Assembly (NCBI GenBank): GCA_043228905.1 | Contig: JBHGNT010000005.1 | Span: 8,432,001 to 8,496,000, forward strand | Length of the DNA stretch: 64,000 nt | Reading direction: 5' to 3' | Source: Azolla caroliniana | Taxonomy: Eukaryota > Plantae > Polypodiophyta | In this document: piece after piece, positions 34,354 through 47,800 of the stretch | Numbering within the stretch: the stretch's first letter is position 1 | Layout: each line of letters starts with the position of its first letter | Made by a program: the position numbers and the translations under genes | Notes under the pieces: model-generated | What the model was told of the DNA's origin: nothing | Seen by the model: only the letters and a program-made list of their open reading frames with translations | Databases searched by the model: none

Positions 34354-36710
34354 TTTAATGTCCTGATTTGAGTACCCCAGTGCCTTCATTAGATTCTTTG
34401 CCACAAAGAGGAGTGTTGGAACAATTGTTGATAAATCCTCAAAAGGTTACATGTTTACCTGAACAATATATTGCCGTTGTGTGAGGTTTTCTAGTGTGGA
34501 AACATTGCACATTTTATAAAAACATTATTAAGAAACAAAATTAGCAGAGAACTCTCATAAATCCCCCTTTTCTTATATTTAAAATAATAATAATAAAATA
34601 TGGCACATTTTGTAGAACGCCGCATAGTGAGGTTTTGTAGTATGGAAATGTCACATATTTTTAAGTAGGTGACCCTAAGGGAAACACACTTTCTACATCT
34701 CTTTGTGACACATTTTTTAAAGAAAGGGCACATTGATAACACCTTTTTGTAGTTGTGAGAGGTCTCTTACTTCAAAATGTTTCATCTTCTTTGGCAAGGG
34801 GACAATGACCTATACATAACAATAACGATGCTTACAATGGTGTTTTTTTTCAAGATACTAAAGATGAGGTTGATGGTCGTGTGGGTTTGTTACATTGGCA
34901 AATGTACATGATGGTAAGTGCCATGTGAGGATAGCCTTATGGAGGGTCTACTGAAATGGTGATTGTGGAGTAGAGTTGGGGCTGATGGTGTGTAATATAG
35001 AGATAATGGTGGTAAAAGGGACAAATGTGATGTGTTAGAAGAGAAGAAATTTCGAGATCATTGAGCTGATAATACTAATAAAATGAAGAATTTATTAGGT
35101 TGTTAGTCGTTCAACTATATGTGTAAATTTAGAACCTAATTAGCCACATATAAAGATGAAGGGATCAATTTTGGAAATATATATATAATAGGACAAAGCT
35201 CATAATTGACCTCATAATATAGACGATTAGTAAATGGATCTTGATTAATAGGTTTATAATTAGTTAAAGGGCTTAATAGACTTTAATGAAGTACAAGTGG
35301 ACAATGTGGGTCAATATAGTTGGAAGTGCAACCTCATTTCATCAACTACCCCTTATAAAAGAAAAGGTAGTCATTTAAAGGAAGAGATGTGGACTAATAA
35401 CTTGCAATAATTTATTTCTTTTGCGTCGTTAAGATACTACTCATCGCTCACATCATGTTTGATTGCTCATCAGATTTGAGGTTACAATATTTCTCAAATT
35501 TGGCAAGTTTAATGCCAAATAAGTGCATATTTGGAGAATTTACATAGCTCACTTGAGATATGATATGGAGATCATTTTTCTCTATTTGAAATTGTACACT
35601 GGACTCTCTTTGTTTGGTTGGTGGTTTTGATTAACTTGGAACTAATTGGTCTTCAAACACATAAACGATCAACCCATGATTTATTCCTTTTCCATCCTAG
35701 ATTGACATATTTTACAAACTTGAATGTTTACATTCATTATTGAAATTTGATATTGCTTGAGGTTTTATACACTTGTTGGTATACTATTGAAATATTATTG
35801 CCATTTGTATGAGAATTGGCTAAGCTTGTGTGCTTATCTTCTTCATTGAATTCTTTGGTTGGACGGGAATGAGAAACTCATGTGTAACCAGAAAGGAGGA
35901 GAAGAATTGTTCCACATCTTGAAGATCAATTCTCAATTTGTTCCTTGCATTAGCACGTGACCTAGATAATGTGGCAAATGTGCAATAGACATTGGCATTG
36001 CCTTTTCTTTGATAGATCAACACTGCCTACTTGAGTCAACATATTCTATGATAATTTGTGCAATAGCCGCATGCATAGCTAAACCAATAAAAATTACTTG
36101 TACATACACACATATCAACACACGAAAACAATTTAAAATCTAAAAGTTTAAATAAAAAATATACGTTCTTTAAAAACAAATACTAGCAAAAGAAATTATT
36201 TTTGAAAAATGTTAAGAAAGAAAACGTGCTACACAACGTTGTCGATAACATTGCACAATGACAGAGTACAAACACAATGCAAGTAGCGATGGCCACATGC
36301 ATTGCTACACTACAAACCTTGTTTTGTAGTAGCGATGGTCTTGACCACCTTGCAGTCCAACATATAAAGTTAAAAAAATGTGTGGCTATGCCCTTGTTCG
36401 ATAGTAGTAATGGTCTCAGTTGGTGGATTTACTATGCTTATGCTTCAATATATTCAGTTGAAATAATTTGTTCTCCATTTTCTATGCATATGTTTACATA
36501 TTACCATTATCTATAAATATTGAATTGCTATATTTATGTACTAACAATATCTACAAGCATGGATGTCTATAATATTGAATAGCTTCAATAAACATTCGAA
36601 GTCGACTCATATACATGTCTTTGAAGATTATTTTGTCAAATTGACATGAACACGAGCACCCATTTGTTTCATCTTGACACGTGATGAATGCGCAAGCACA
36701 CACACACAAG

Positions 36711-37062
36711 GATAAATTTTGCAAACTACTTCAGCAAGTACATTTGGAAATAGTTTGAGAATTTATGAGGGATTACTTTTCAGCAAAGGTCTATGTTTGA
36801 GAATTGTCTCTTTCTCTATTTAAATGAAATCCAATATAAATCTTATATAAAAGAGACAAATTTCAAATATAGACCTTTGTCCTAGCTATAGATATATATC
36901 GAAAAGTAACTCCTCGGGTATATAGAGAGTTAATAAGATCTATATCAGATTTCATTAAAATAGAGAAAGAGACAAATATTATTTATGCATTGATCTTTGT
37001 CCAGGCCACGGTCCCAATATCAAAGAGTACCCTCCTATCGTTATGTTGTTTGCGAAATTTAT
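36711..37062. repeat. Imperfect inverted repeat (foldback/MITE-like)
   Basis: 36805-36847 is the reverse complement of 36933-36974. The termini GATAAATTTTGCAAAC and GTTTGCGAAATTTAT also pair. Confidence 0.7.
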
Positions 37063-37089
37063 TTATTCCTATGTCCAATATACAAACAT

Positions 37090-38080
37090 ACACACAAGAT
37101 CACTTTGGTTAAAAAGTAAGCTAGTTTATCTTTGTGATTCATAGATGACTCACCCCTGAAAAGTAGAGTAGTGTTATCGTTGAAAACAAATTCATAGATC
37201 ACACTCAATGCATATGACCGCACTATTCTCACAAATCGCCTTTGTGGTCTAGAAGTGAAGTAGATTTATCTTTTGAAAAACATCTACATCCTGGTCTACA
37301 CATTATTATGTCGCCCAAGCACTAAACGAGATTGCCCGATGGTCGAAAACTAATGCAATTTATCTCTCTTAAGACTATACCTTTGCTCGCATATCGCGGT
37401 CTACAAATGATGTGAAGCATACATACGACATACTACACTAGATCACCCATGGGTCAAAAACCGATGCAATTCATCTTCTTAAAATGTAGTCTTGCGCCGC
37501 ACTCTACCAATGATGTCACGCATATATACTACATACTACACTAGATCACCCATTGGTCGAAAACTGGCGCAACTCATCTTCTTGAAATATAAATTGTCTC
37601 GTGTCGCGGTCTACAAATGGTGTCATGTACACATACATACATACTCTCTACCTACATGCATCCATGCTCTCTACATACATACATACATACATACATACAT
37701 ACATACATACCACACTATAAGATTGCCCCTTGGTCCAAAAAAGTAGATTAATTTATCTTTTAAAGTGAATGCGAATGTCATCTAAAATACATCTAGATCT
37801 GCGGCTCTGGGGTCGGTCGGCGGGCGGGCGGGCGGGCGGGCGGGCGGGTCACAACGAGTCCAGAGATTATGTACATATACATATGTGAAAGCCATACTAC
37901 ATATTGATATGACACATAAATGAGAGAGATTATGTACATACATACATATGTGAAAGACATACATACATATGGCACAGGAATTATGTTAAGAGAATGCTAC
38001 AACACACTAGATTGTCCCCTGGTCAAAAAGGTAAAAGTGTAGCTAATCTTTCAAAATACATTTGATTGTAGTCTACGGAT
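37090..38080. repeat. Degenerate ~100-120 bp repeat array with embedded microsatellites
   Basis: About 7 copies of ACACTAGATYRCCC-TGGTC-AAAA...TTATCTT, plus (TACA)n at ~37672-37710 and (CGGG)7 at 37821-37848. Confidence 0.7.
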
Positions 38081-40011
38081 TATGTCCTTCTCTTTCTCTC
38101 TCTCACCAATTATGTATGTATGTATTGACATTGAGAGCTTGTATATTTATAACTATCAATTAACCCACTTTAAATCATATGCATTGCATTAACATGGATT
38201 GAAGCTTCTACACTTGGGATTCACTAATCAACTCAGCATTAATAGACAATGCATTAACATTGTGTATCACTGCGTATGATCGTTAATTATCACGCAGTTC
38301 TGTGTCAATAGTTAAGTAGTGTTTCTGAAAATCAAGCTATTTCAAATGCTTGGCTTGATTAAGTGCAGCAACTAATCAGAACCAACTTATAGTATTGCAT
38401 TGTCGATGTTAATGGACAATTATATACTAATTGTTATCGATTGGAAAAAGAATGAGCATTAGATTAATTTTGGATTACTTATAACATCTTAAATCATGAA
38501 TTACTGGAATGAATACGCGATAATTAGAGATAATTAGATGGCCATAAAACTCAGCTGAAATTATAGGCTGACAAGTCATGTGATCAATATGAATATTGGG
38601 GTATGCATTTACAAACGTTTGGCCTTAATATTAAGCATTTGGATTAGCCAATAATATCTATTAACAATACCAGTCGACAGACAAGGTTAATTCGTAAAAT
38701 CCCGGAATGAAAATTCACCATGAGAGGATGACATAATTAATGTGAAATTAATATCCTCATCACACGTGACACAACAATGTCGATTGATTTTACTTAATTA
38801 GAATTGATATAGTTTGCGTTAATTAATTAAGTTGTTGTTCTATTTTTAAGTTTCAAGCTGAGAGAGGGAGAGATTTTTTTGTAAACCTATAGTAAATTGT
38901 GAGCTTTTTTCATAATCTCTAGTAAATTCAAGAACAGAGTTTTTCTTTCCTGTTGGGGGTTGGGGAGGAAAGGAAAGGAGGTATAGGAATTGAATAAACT
39001 TCAGAAAAAAAGGACCTTTAAAATAGTAATAGTAATTACAATGGAATAGCGCCTGCCAGGCATCATGAATCAGCATACGCCATAATATTACTACTATTGC
39101 TGCTGTTTCTGCTGTGCATAAATAGAGATAAACCATGTGTGTATGCGAAATAAGATTTTCTATTTCCTGCGTGAGATAACTTTGGAAATTAACTGTACGC
39201 AAAAGAGGAAGGGGGGGTAATTCATTTAATTAAAGGAGAAGGAAGAATGATAGGGACTAGGAGTACTAACTACTGCTGCACTGCAACTGTGCATACATAG
39301 TTAATTATACACTGTCATTATAAATTTATATGCATGCGTTCAATTTATTTTGAATAGATTTATAACCATATTGGTTGATAATATATTTCATCTCTAATTT
39401 TAATGTGTTATTATATCTCAATCAAAGCATGTAGTCCGTCCACTGAATTGAATGGAATTAGCAGTAATTATGTAAATCGTTTTATGTAAAGAAAAAAGCA
39501 AGAAAACGAAGACATTTGAACCTCCCAGATAATAAGAACTTCATGAAAAAGATAAATCGAACCACAAAATTCTGCAGCAAATATTGATCAAAAATTTTCT
39601 TTTTCTTTTTTGAAAAAAAAATGGTGATTATTATTATTATTATTATTGTTATACACAAAAACAATATTGAAGGGGACGGCTGGGCTACTACTGATTGTTG
39701 ATGGGAGTCGCTTCAGCTGGCTTATAATTATACTACAAATTTAATAGAAATGCAACAATAAAGACATAAATAAATAGAAGAACTAGAATTAGTGGCTCAT
39801 GATGATCATGTATATATATAGATAGATAGATAGATATTTATTGATTACTATTTGTCTTATAATTATAAGCCTTTGCGATATAGTACATATACTTATGGTG
39901 GATTAATGGCATATTGGGAGGATTTTGATCTACTATTAGCAGCTCCAGTTCAACTGAATATTTCAATACAATTGTAATCACGTCAAGTTAATAATCAGTT
40001 GATGATATTGA

Positions 40012-42094
40012 TCAGGATTCGAGAAGCTCCCTGACCAAAGTCTCGAATTGTAGAGCGTATTGAGACGCATTGGATGTATCGATGGTATCGACATTTAGGT
40101 CTGAATCAGCATCTTTGCCTGACATTAAACTATGATCCATCAATATTTCATCCATGTGAAAGCTTGATTGACCATTTGTAATGATTTCATGATCATCCGC
40201 AGCACCGCCCAACATTAGCATATCATGGCTGCCCATTGCTTCATGATCAATCAACAAGGAGCAGCCTTCCTGATCATTATCCTCATCATGGTATGGATTG
40301 ATCATAAGCAGGCCACTCATGCTGTCATTGTTGTAATATTGATGATCATGATCACCATACATAGCATGCTGATGATGAACATTAGTGGAGTTCATGTTAT
40401 GTCTGGTTATTAAACCATCGTGGTGATCACTTGTGACGAGCTTTGGCAGGACCATATTATAATCCTTATTAATGTTGTTACCATACTGGTTCATCATCAT
40501 CATCATAATGTCATGATTATGTTGATGATGATGAGGATAACCAGTGTTGAAATCATTATTATGATCATCCCCCATTATCATTTGGCTTAGATGATGATCA
40601 TCATTAATAGATGCATAATCATCATTAATAGAGTTCTTGGAGTAGCCATCCAAGCATTTGTCATTCTTGCTTATATATTTGTAGTGATGATCATCATCAT
40701 TTGTTCCATCAGCCCTATCTTCATCATTTTCTTCTTCTTCCCCTACTTCTACTTCTTCTTCATCTTCTTCGTCTTCTTCTCCAATGTTTAGCACGTCCAT
40801 TATTGGATTGATCGCACCCTTGCCCACCATGTCAAAACGATCATCATTACTTCGATTCGGCCAAGCAGGTGTCGAAACTATGTTATCATGATCATGATCC
40901 TCGGTGCAAGTAGCATTGGATTCCATTTGTAACAAAATCTCTCTCAAATTATCCATATCCACCATATTGCTATCATCATCAATGTGATTGGGACCAACCG
41001 CCATTATCTTTCTACCGGTCGATCCGATTACATCTGTGTGGTGTGAATCGATAGCTTGATCGATGATATTTTGGACCGAGATGCTTGTACTAGTCGGATT
41101 AACATTTGAACTTGGTCGATCGGCATGGACATTATTCATAAATTGATCACGAATAACATCGTGATCGAGCCTGGCAGATTTTATATTCTTAGTACTATTA
41201 TTCGACAAATTGCCGGCCTTTGCTACTTTTGGCGATGGTTCGGTCTGCCACATTCTCTTATTCCGAGAGCATTGGGCCGACAATGCGGAGCCAGTGGAGA
41301 TATTGTTAGTGCTAGCCTTGGAGACCAGGAGCTGGGAGAGGTCCTTGGTTTTCCATGTAAGCTTCCCATTAGGACCAAGTTTCAGAGCCGAGGTTATACA
41401 AGGCTCGGGATGTGTCGATTTCGGCAACACATCATCATCATTATTGTTGTCGATCTTGCCCACAGCTTTGCGTTCGGAGCTCAAATTCATACTCATAGAT
41501 CTGGCCAAGAAATTATTATTATTATTACCATTCAGCCTTGAATTGCTCTTATAGTTTGCCATTAACAAGCTGCAAATATTGATAGCTTGTGCATTAGCAG
41601 TAGCAGCAGCATCAGCATCAGCTTCAGCTTTACTAGATTTGGGCAATGGGGTACTGTTATTAATTGTGGAGGAAGACCTCTTTAGGGTAGGATTGACAGT
41701 CATGGTATCCACATTATTATTGTTTGCATTAAATCCATCCCCTGGCAAACTGAAGCTGCTGCTACTTCTATTTTGTTGTTGTTTGGATCTATGGTTGAGC
41801 TTGTACTTATGATTATGGCTATTATTGCAGGTTGGTGATTCTGCAGGAACTAGGCTTGGATTGATTGGAGATGAAAGCCATGATGAAGTGACTACATTAT
41901 TACTACTATTGTTGGTAGTTGTCGTAGCAGTTCCAATGATATTGCTATTGATATGATTCATTTTTAAAAGGCTAGAGTTACTGCAACCCGCAGTAGCTGG
42001 TCTAATGCTAGCATTAATATTAAGCCTTGCTTCGGCTTGAAGCCTAGCACTCTCCCATTGAGCAAGATGGCTAAAACTAGAAGAAGAAGATGAA

Positions 42095-42127
<33 letters not shown>

Positions 42128-42673
42128 GCAACAGAAGAAGAAGAAGCAGCATTAGTACTTAAGGTAGTGGTAGTAGTGGTGCTAGAATTAGGATTAGGAT
42201 TAGGATTAGTGAGTGTAGGGGATGTAGCATTAGCATTCATCACAGTTGCTAATTGAGACATTTTACTAGTAGGGCTAGAGGCGGCATTACCATTGTTAGC
42301 AAGTATATCACTGAGAAGTGAGGTATTACTGCTAATGTGATTGCTGCAAGCAGCACTCTTCTTGTTATGATTGATTGAGAAGCTCCAGCTGAGTAAAGAT
42401 GAGGATGTGTCTTGAGGTATCATTGATGGTGGTGGTGGTGAGGAGGATGCATCATTACTATTATTGTTGATAAGATTAACTGTTGCAGGAGGTGTGAGAT
42501 TAGTAGTAGTATCAGAGGAGGAGGAGGATGCTGCAGGTTTCCGATTGAGCAGGCGCTGCGCGCTCGCGAACATGGAGCTTATCTTCTGCATCCTCTTCTT
42601 CAACACGGTGTTCCAATAGTTCTTGATCTCGTTGTCGGTCCTCTTCGGGAGCTGGGAGGCTATGAAAGACCAC
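40012..42673 (-). CDS. MIXTA-like (subgroup 9) R2R3-MYB, exon 3
   Basis: AG acceptor at 42675-42674. Reads WSFIASQLPKRTDNEIKNYWNT, contains the subgroup-9 motif SHLAQWESARLQAEARL, and is open to the TGA at 40012. Confidence 0.9.
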
Positions 42674-42815
42674 CTGCACCATTAACAAGAATCATCCCCA
42701 TTGTCAGGATCATGAAGGAGACTACAGTTTAGGTATTTTAGTAGGTGTCTGATCGAAAATTCTAGTTTGTGTTTTAGGGTTTTAGGGTTTAGAATAAATG
42801 GTGAAGGAATTTTAC

Positions 42816-42945
42816 TTGTTCCCGACGAGCGCGTGGAGCTGGATGATCTTCTGCTCTTCGGATTGAGAGAAGCGGCCGCGCTTGATGTCGGGGCGAAGGT
42901 AATTGGTCCAGCGGAGCCGGCAACTCTTGCCGCACCGGAGCAGAC
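42816..42945 (-). CDS. R2R3-MYB exon 2 (130 bp)
   Basis: AG/GT boundaries and [44 protein letters not shown]. 130 bp is the canonical MYB exon-2 length. Confidence 0.96.
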
Positions 42946-43169
42946 CTATACAAGAAAGAGTGAGGATGATCAGAAATGTTTGTGTGCTTCCATCAAAATC
43001 TGTGGATGTGTCTTTGAATCCATTGCAGTGGGCAGATCAATCAGAAAGATTGAGCAAGAAGCTGCAAGGAATTGTGTGTGTGTGTGTGTGTATAATGTGT
43101 GTTATATGTATGGGGATATGGGGAAGGAAGGATCTGAGGAGGTGTGTGTGTGATTGTTTAAAAGCTCAC

Positions 43170-43305
43170 CACATCGCTTGGGTAAGGCCCTCCAGTTCTC
43201 ATGGCCATGCTTGTCGATGAAGGAGATGAGCTTCTGGTCTTCCTCAGGTGTCCATGGCCCTTTCTTCAGGCCCTCATCCTTCTGGCAGCAAGGAACCCTG
43301 CCCAT
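43170..43305 (-). CDS. R2R3-MYB exon 1 (136 bp)
   Basis: [26 protein letters not shown]...WRALPKRC followed by a GTGAG donor. The spliced total of 2928 nt stays in frame. Confidence 0.96.
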
Positions 43306-43615
43306 ACTTTCTTTCTTTCTTTCTTTCTATATATGTGTAATGGCCTTCTTGCTTGCTTGCTTTGCTTATACTAGTTAGTAACTCTACTATATGAGCCAGC
43401 AATCTCTATGTATCACTCACTCCTCTTTCTTTGCCTACTAACTAATAAATCGCAACCAGAACCTTCCTTCACTAGGATTGTGTGGTTGCTCATAATCTCA
43501 TATGAATACATAACATTATTCAGAGGTGAAGGTATGGGGAGGGGGGAGGGGGGGGAGGAGACTGAGGAATGAATTGAATGATTGATGAAATGATGGAGAA
43601 GTTTGTGATTTATGC

Positions 43616-43773
43616 TTCTCCTTCTCCTTCTCCTTCTCCTTCTCCTTCTTCTCCTAGTACAGAGACTGACACTGCTGCAGCTTGGATCAGGAGGAGACTG
43701 AGCCTGATCAGACACACACAGAGAGAGAAACACAGACTGATCGGCGGCGCTGTGTGTAAGAAGAAGCTACTAA

Positions 43774-43809
<36 letters not shown>

Positions 43810-43917
43810 TAATGTATAAGAAGGAACTGCTGGTGCTGCTACTATGGAAGATGGCAGGTAAAATTTATGAGTGCGTCAGAGATGTCTGAAGATCTCTTTT
43901 GGTTTTAAGATGACGAC

Positions 43918-43950
<33 letters not shown>

Positions 43951-44040
43951 TGAGAGAGATGGTTGAGAAGAAGCTCAGAAGCAGACTGAGTGCTCTGATC
44001 TGCGGCTGCAACTACATATGTATCTCATATCCCATGGATT

Positions 44041-44084
<44 letters not shown>

Positions 44085-44674
44085 GAAGATTATACACACT
44101 CTCTTGTCTCTCTTGTAGAGAAAGAAGAAAGAGGGATTTCTTCGCATTGCAGAGTAAAAGAGAGAGAGAGAGAGGCCACTTGGAGGGGGATGAATTAATG
44201 CTCATGAGAAAAGATGGCGAAGAGTGAGTGTGGGGCCTGCCTGTTCTTCTCTCTCTTCTCTGTCTATCGTTGAGACCGCAGTAGACAGACACAGAGAGAG
44301 AGAGAGGGGTATTTATGTAAATAATGGAAAGTGGTGGGAAGGCTACCCTTCCGAATTGGAAGCCTACTACAGTACACGTGTGCACTGACGGTTTTATTCT
44401 TCCTTATACATACATATATATGGATAAATAATAATAAAAAGAATCACGAAGAGAAAAAGGCTGAGTTTTGAGTTTTGAACAACCGAGTTACTAATCTTTT
44501 TCATTTTTCGTTTTCGGTTTTTTGTTTTTCTTTCTTTTTTGGGTCTCTCTTTTGTAGTTTTTACTAATGTAGCCTATTCACTTTTCACTTCCTTCTTTCT
44601 TTTTCTTTTTATTTATTTTACCCCCCCGCTTCCTTTTCTTTTTCTCTCTTGGCTTGGTTAATTAATTGCATTGT

Positions 44675-44716
<42 letters not shown>
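43616..44716. repeat. Microsatellite cluster upstream of the MYB gene
   Basis: (CTTCTC)n ~43616, (TATG)n ~43780, (GAT)n ~43909-43950, (GT)n ~44045-44077, (CT)n ~44677-44716. Confidence 0.85.
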
Positions 44717-44719
<3 letters not shown>

Positions 44720-46299
44720 ATTTACACACCTTTGGAAACACTCTAAATTTTATCTTGGGTCCCCCCCGCCCAGTCCAACATAAAAAACAACACAAAAGAC
44801 CGATCTACGTATGCATGTACCTTCTCGCAATTGCATTACGAGCTACCCCCCCGCAAAGAAAGACCCCCTCCCCTCCCTACTTTAATATGTCCGGCCCTCC
44901 ACATGACCCACCTTAGCTACATTCATCGCATGCTTCAAATTGTGGTGGTGGGGAACCTCTCTTGTGCTCTAGACCAATATAAGCTCACAATGCTTCTAGA
45001 ACACAAATGCCTCACCTCTCGTACGACAAAACACTCCAAGCACTTAAGGATAGTTGATTCCTTTCCTCTCATGCAGAAGAAGATTGACCCCCGTGGTATG
45101 CTTCAACTACAGTGACGCTTAAGGCGGGGAGATGTTTTGGGGTGTGGGACTTTTTAAGACGACAGTGGCCTCTTTTCTTACATGGGAGAATATCTAATGC
45201 TGACGAGCTACTCATTGTGTACGTCTGTAAAGATTAGATAATTTCCAAGGTGTTGTCACATGCATGTCACATATTTGCGAAACATTAGGGATGTTATGTT
45301 GGCTACTTGATGAGACCGAACACCCCGAGCAAGAGGACACACCCTTTTTCGGTATTAATGTTTGGGATACCTTTAATAACTTTTATTTTATTTTTTATAT
45401 TTTAGCCATGGTTTCTTTCTCCTAAGTTGTCCAAAATGCAATCATTATCATATAACTTTGCTATCTCATTCGTAAACATCATCCATACAATTTTTACAAT
45501 TGACTGTAGATGTGTAATTATTCATAAGCTATGAATTACGTTGAAAATGGTTCTTCCATGCAACTGATCAAATGCCCATTTCTTCTTTTAAGTAGCTTTT
45601 GATTAAAATAATTGGACAACTTTCCCTTCTAGGAGTAGGCCTTCGTTCACAAAAGGAGATGTTACGAGAGTGAAATGTGCGTGTGACTATTGATGTGCAC
45701 ACGAGTTATCTTTCATTTAGTAATGACAAACAAATGTTAGGACAGGGAACTGTCATTTCTTTTGACAATCCATTTCAATATAGAGGTTATTTTTATTTAG
45801 ATGTGACCTGCTCCTAAGTTGGAGGTTGATTTATCAACAAATGGCCACCAATTTTAAAATGACAGCTGCTCCATATGTCAACATACATATTGCCTCCCTT
45901 GAACCTACAACCAAATGTTGATGTCTCTTGACAAATTCTTGTCTTAGTCACATGACCTATTTTCTAATTTGAGCCAATGAAAGCTTGCTTCAACAATTCA
46001 TTGCTACAAGTGTTCTAGTTTCCTTGGGATTTACTCATCATCGAAATCAAAATATTGTGACTCTAATTCAGTCACGTTAGCATTCCTAACTAGGACTATA
46101 TCAAATTCCAATGGTAACTTTTGAACTATACAATTTGTGGAGTTCATTTTCTGCTCCCAAGCATTCATAATGGTGGGAGAGAATGGGATACACAATCGCC
46201 ATTCCCCCTAGAAAATTGTGTACCCCAATCTAAATATCTGAAATTTAATTTAGAACCCTATCTTGGCTACTTCCTATTCGTTCGAGTTATTTGGATTGA

Positions 46300-47800
46300 T
46301 AGGGCATGTAACAACAGACTCCCATTTAGATTTCTAAAAAAACACAATAATGTTTGAGGTTAAAGTTTGGACATCTTGTAAACAATTTCCAAATAAGATT
46401 TAATTCTAAGCTTTAATGTTGTACGACAACCTCTATATCTATCTAGATAAAGTTAGCAAGTTGCACAATGGAATCTTTAAAAAAGTTTAAACTATTTCAG
46501 ATCATTTCCAAGCCTCCTTTAGGATGTTGCACTGACATCATTGTGCAAAAGATAGGTTTCATTAATGAGATGACCCACACTTTAGAGGCATTTTTTATTT
46601 ATATTCTTTGAAGATTGTAGGTAAAAGGTGTGTGTATGGTTTATAAAATGTACACAAGTCTTATACTGTATGAACAATCTTAATCTCACGCAACGGCCCA
46701 AGTTGTAGTAGTTTTTTGGACGGTGTTGTAATTCAAGTATGTAGCTATTTCACATTGCCAATTTTCCCCACTTATTGCAAATCGTTCAAACATGCCAAAC
46801 CATACAGTTTCTCATGAGCTTCAAAGGTATTAGAAGATTGTCATATATACATATATATACCAAGTTAGTGGACCACAAACACAAGACAAAGCCATTTGCT
46901 AGCCACTTTTATAATACAGTAAAATCTTCAGCAAATTTGGTTCCCACCAAACTTGAGAAGTACACCATTACATTCACACATCAATACAAAAGATAAAACA
47001 AAGTGGTGCTTCTTCGAAATTGAGCTCGTCTTTTTATCGATTTATTATTGCATTGCAACCAATGAGGAACGTGCAACCACTTTTAAAGTAGCGAGCATCC
47101 ATTGACGTAGTCAAGCATTTCATGAAAAATATCATGAATATATGAGTCTAATAATGTAGAAGATATAAGTTATGTAGCATTACTGTTCTATGTCTTGAAC
47201 TCCAGCCTATAACCTTTGGAAATTTCAACTAGTATAGGTTATCAATCACTATGCAATCGTTCATGAACTTTCACTTGCTCAATGTTCTCCCACAAATTTA
47301 AGGAGTTTGATAATGCTATATTTTTTTCCTTTTTTTCGCACATTATTATGCCTTCATTCTATCATGAGTCATGACTATAAACTATAGACCTTCTAATATT
47401 TTCAAGGATCCTTCAATTCTAGGTTTTTCTGAAAAAGTTAAAGTTTCCTTGAATTTATAATGGAATTTTTTGCGGATATGAAACATTTCGTGAAAAGCTA
47501 TAGGTAGATAGAATAAACAATGGCTTTCACCCTAGATCCAATAGATAAAGCTCAATGCATTCACACTATATTTCCAAATAGTGCCAACATGATACAACTC
47601 ACAATAACATAGACATGAGCTTCTTGATTTAGTTGTAAGTGTATGATCCACATGGCTACCATGTTGTGCCACATAGGAAGGGAGAGAGTCTGCAAATGAA
47701 TTAAACGTTTATGTACTACCTATTCCCATGAAGAAATATGGTGAAATCTTTGTATGTGTGCTCAATCAATTGACGGAAATGATAGATAGATCTACATCTT
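46300..47800 (-). mobile_element. Highly decayed Gypsy-like pol remnant
   Basis: Faint minus-strand traces resembling RNase H RLxRWxLLL (~47090-47120) and the RT DPxKVxA motif (~47525). Boundaries are rough. Confidence 0.4.

Noticed and set aside
45195-45300. Hammerhead-like CTGACGAG...GAAAC
   Set aside because: Stems I and II cannot be formed convincingly.
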